Shown here: positions 63,361-64,000 of the stretch, piece after piece
Layout of the letters: every line of letters begins with the position of its first letter
How positions within the stretch are numbered: position 1 is the stretch's first letter
DNA from: Octopus sinensis
Taxonomy: Eukaryota
Assembly: GCF_006345805.1 (NCBI RefSeq)
Contig: NC_043001.1
Location: 134,602,001 to 134,666,000 of the forward strand
DNA length: 64,000 nucleotides
Reading direction: 5' to 3'
The notes under the pieces: model-generated
What the model saw: only the letters and a program-made list of their open reading frames with translations
Databases searched by the model: none
What the model was told of the DNA's origin: nothing
Made by a program: the position numbers and the translations under genes

Positions 63361-64000
63361 GTGCAGAAGAAAAAGAGAAAGAAAGAAAGAAATCGATCGC
63401 CTCGTAATCTGCAGTATAATTGAATTTAGAAACTGCCACCCACTCCACTCCACTCCAACACAGGAACTTGTTGCACAGTGCCACAGTTGAGAAACGACCA
63501 TTTCTTTTCTTCATACCTGTACCTACCTACCTCCTACCTGTTAGTGCTAAATACCATTCTGTTTACCAACACACTCTTTTCACCTTGAATATTCTATCTC
63601 CTTCTTCTAACAGCTGCATTCTAACCCAGTTTCTTTCAACAACTTGCTTCTCTACACCTTACCGACAGTTTTATGAGCAAGCATCAGTTTTTTTTACTTT
63701 GGAACAGTCTCCGTACAGTTTTCGACTGTCTGTCTGTCTGGCTGACCGTCTGTTTGACTGACCGTCTGTCTGTCTGGCCGTCCGTTTGTCTGTCTGTTTC
63801 GCAGATGTTATTACTGCTACCTACTCACCCATATATTTTGTTTTCCTCTGTAAAATTAATCGGCGATCTTTCGTCTCTAGTAGACCTTTCCGTCGATTTC
63901 CGTAAAAAAAATTTTTTTTTTACATATGGGCTTGCGGGAACTTTTGAAGTAATATACATACATATATACACATACACCGAGTAAAAAATTTCAGTTATCT

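Overview
AT-rich, microsatellite-saturated eukaryotic DNA. Repeat content (tRNA-head SINEs, RTE/CR1/Penelope relics, long TA/CA/TC tracts) is most consistent with an octopus/coleoid genome; this is inferred from repeat style, not from a database match. No complete protein-coding gene can be supported. Most track ORFs are microsatellite or SINE read-throughs; the real coding signal is decayed retroelement or transposase sequence (RTE, CR1/L2-group, Tx1/L1-like, Penelope GIY-YIG, Tigger, mariner). The window holds at least three recurrent SINE families, an RTE 3'UTR with an internal ~62-bp minisatellite, TTAA-flanked piggyBac-type MITEs, a GGATC-ended 8-bp-TSD MITE family carrying telomeric G4 motifs (plus an ~800-bp foldback relative), and a non-autonomous Helitron. 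Most notable: several unrelated families of minimal hammerhead-ribozyme motifs of the Penelope/retrozyme type, including a G3-C8 core variant doubled inside a 257-bp palindrome. Also: a SINE-mediated unequal crossover with a mappable breakpoint, a 184-bp SINE tandem array, a SINE with a swapped 3' tail, a possible old nad5 NUMT and a few weak exon candidates. All coordinates were read by eye; ends of degenerate elements are approximate.
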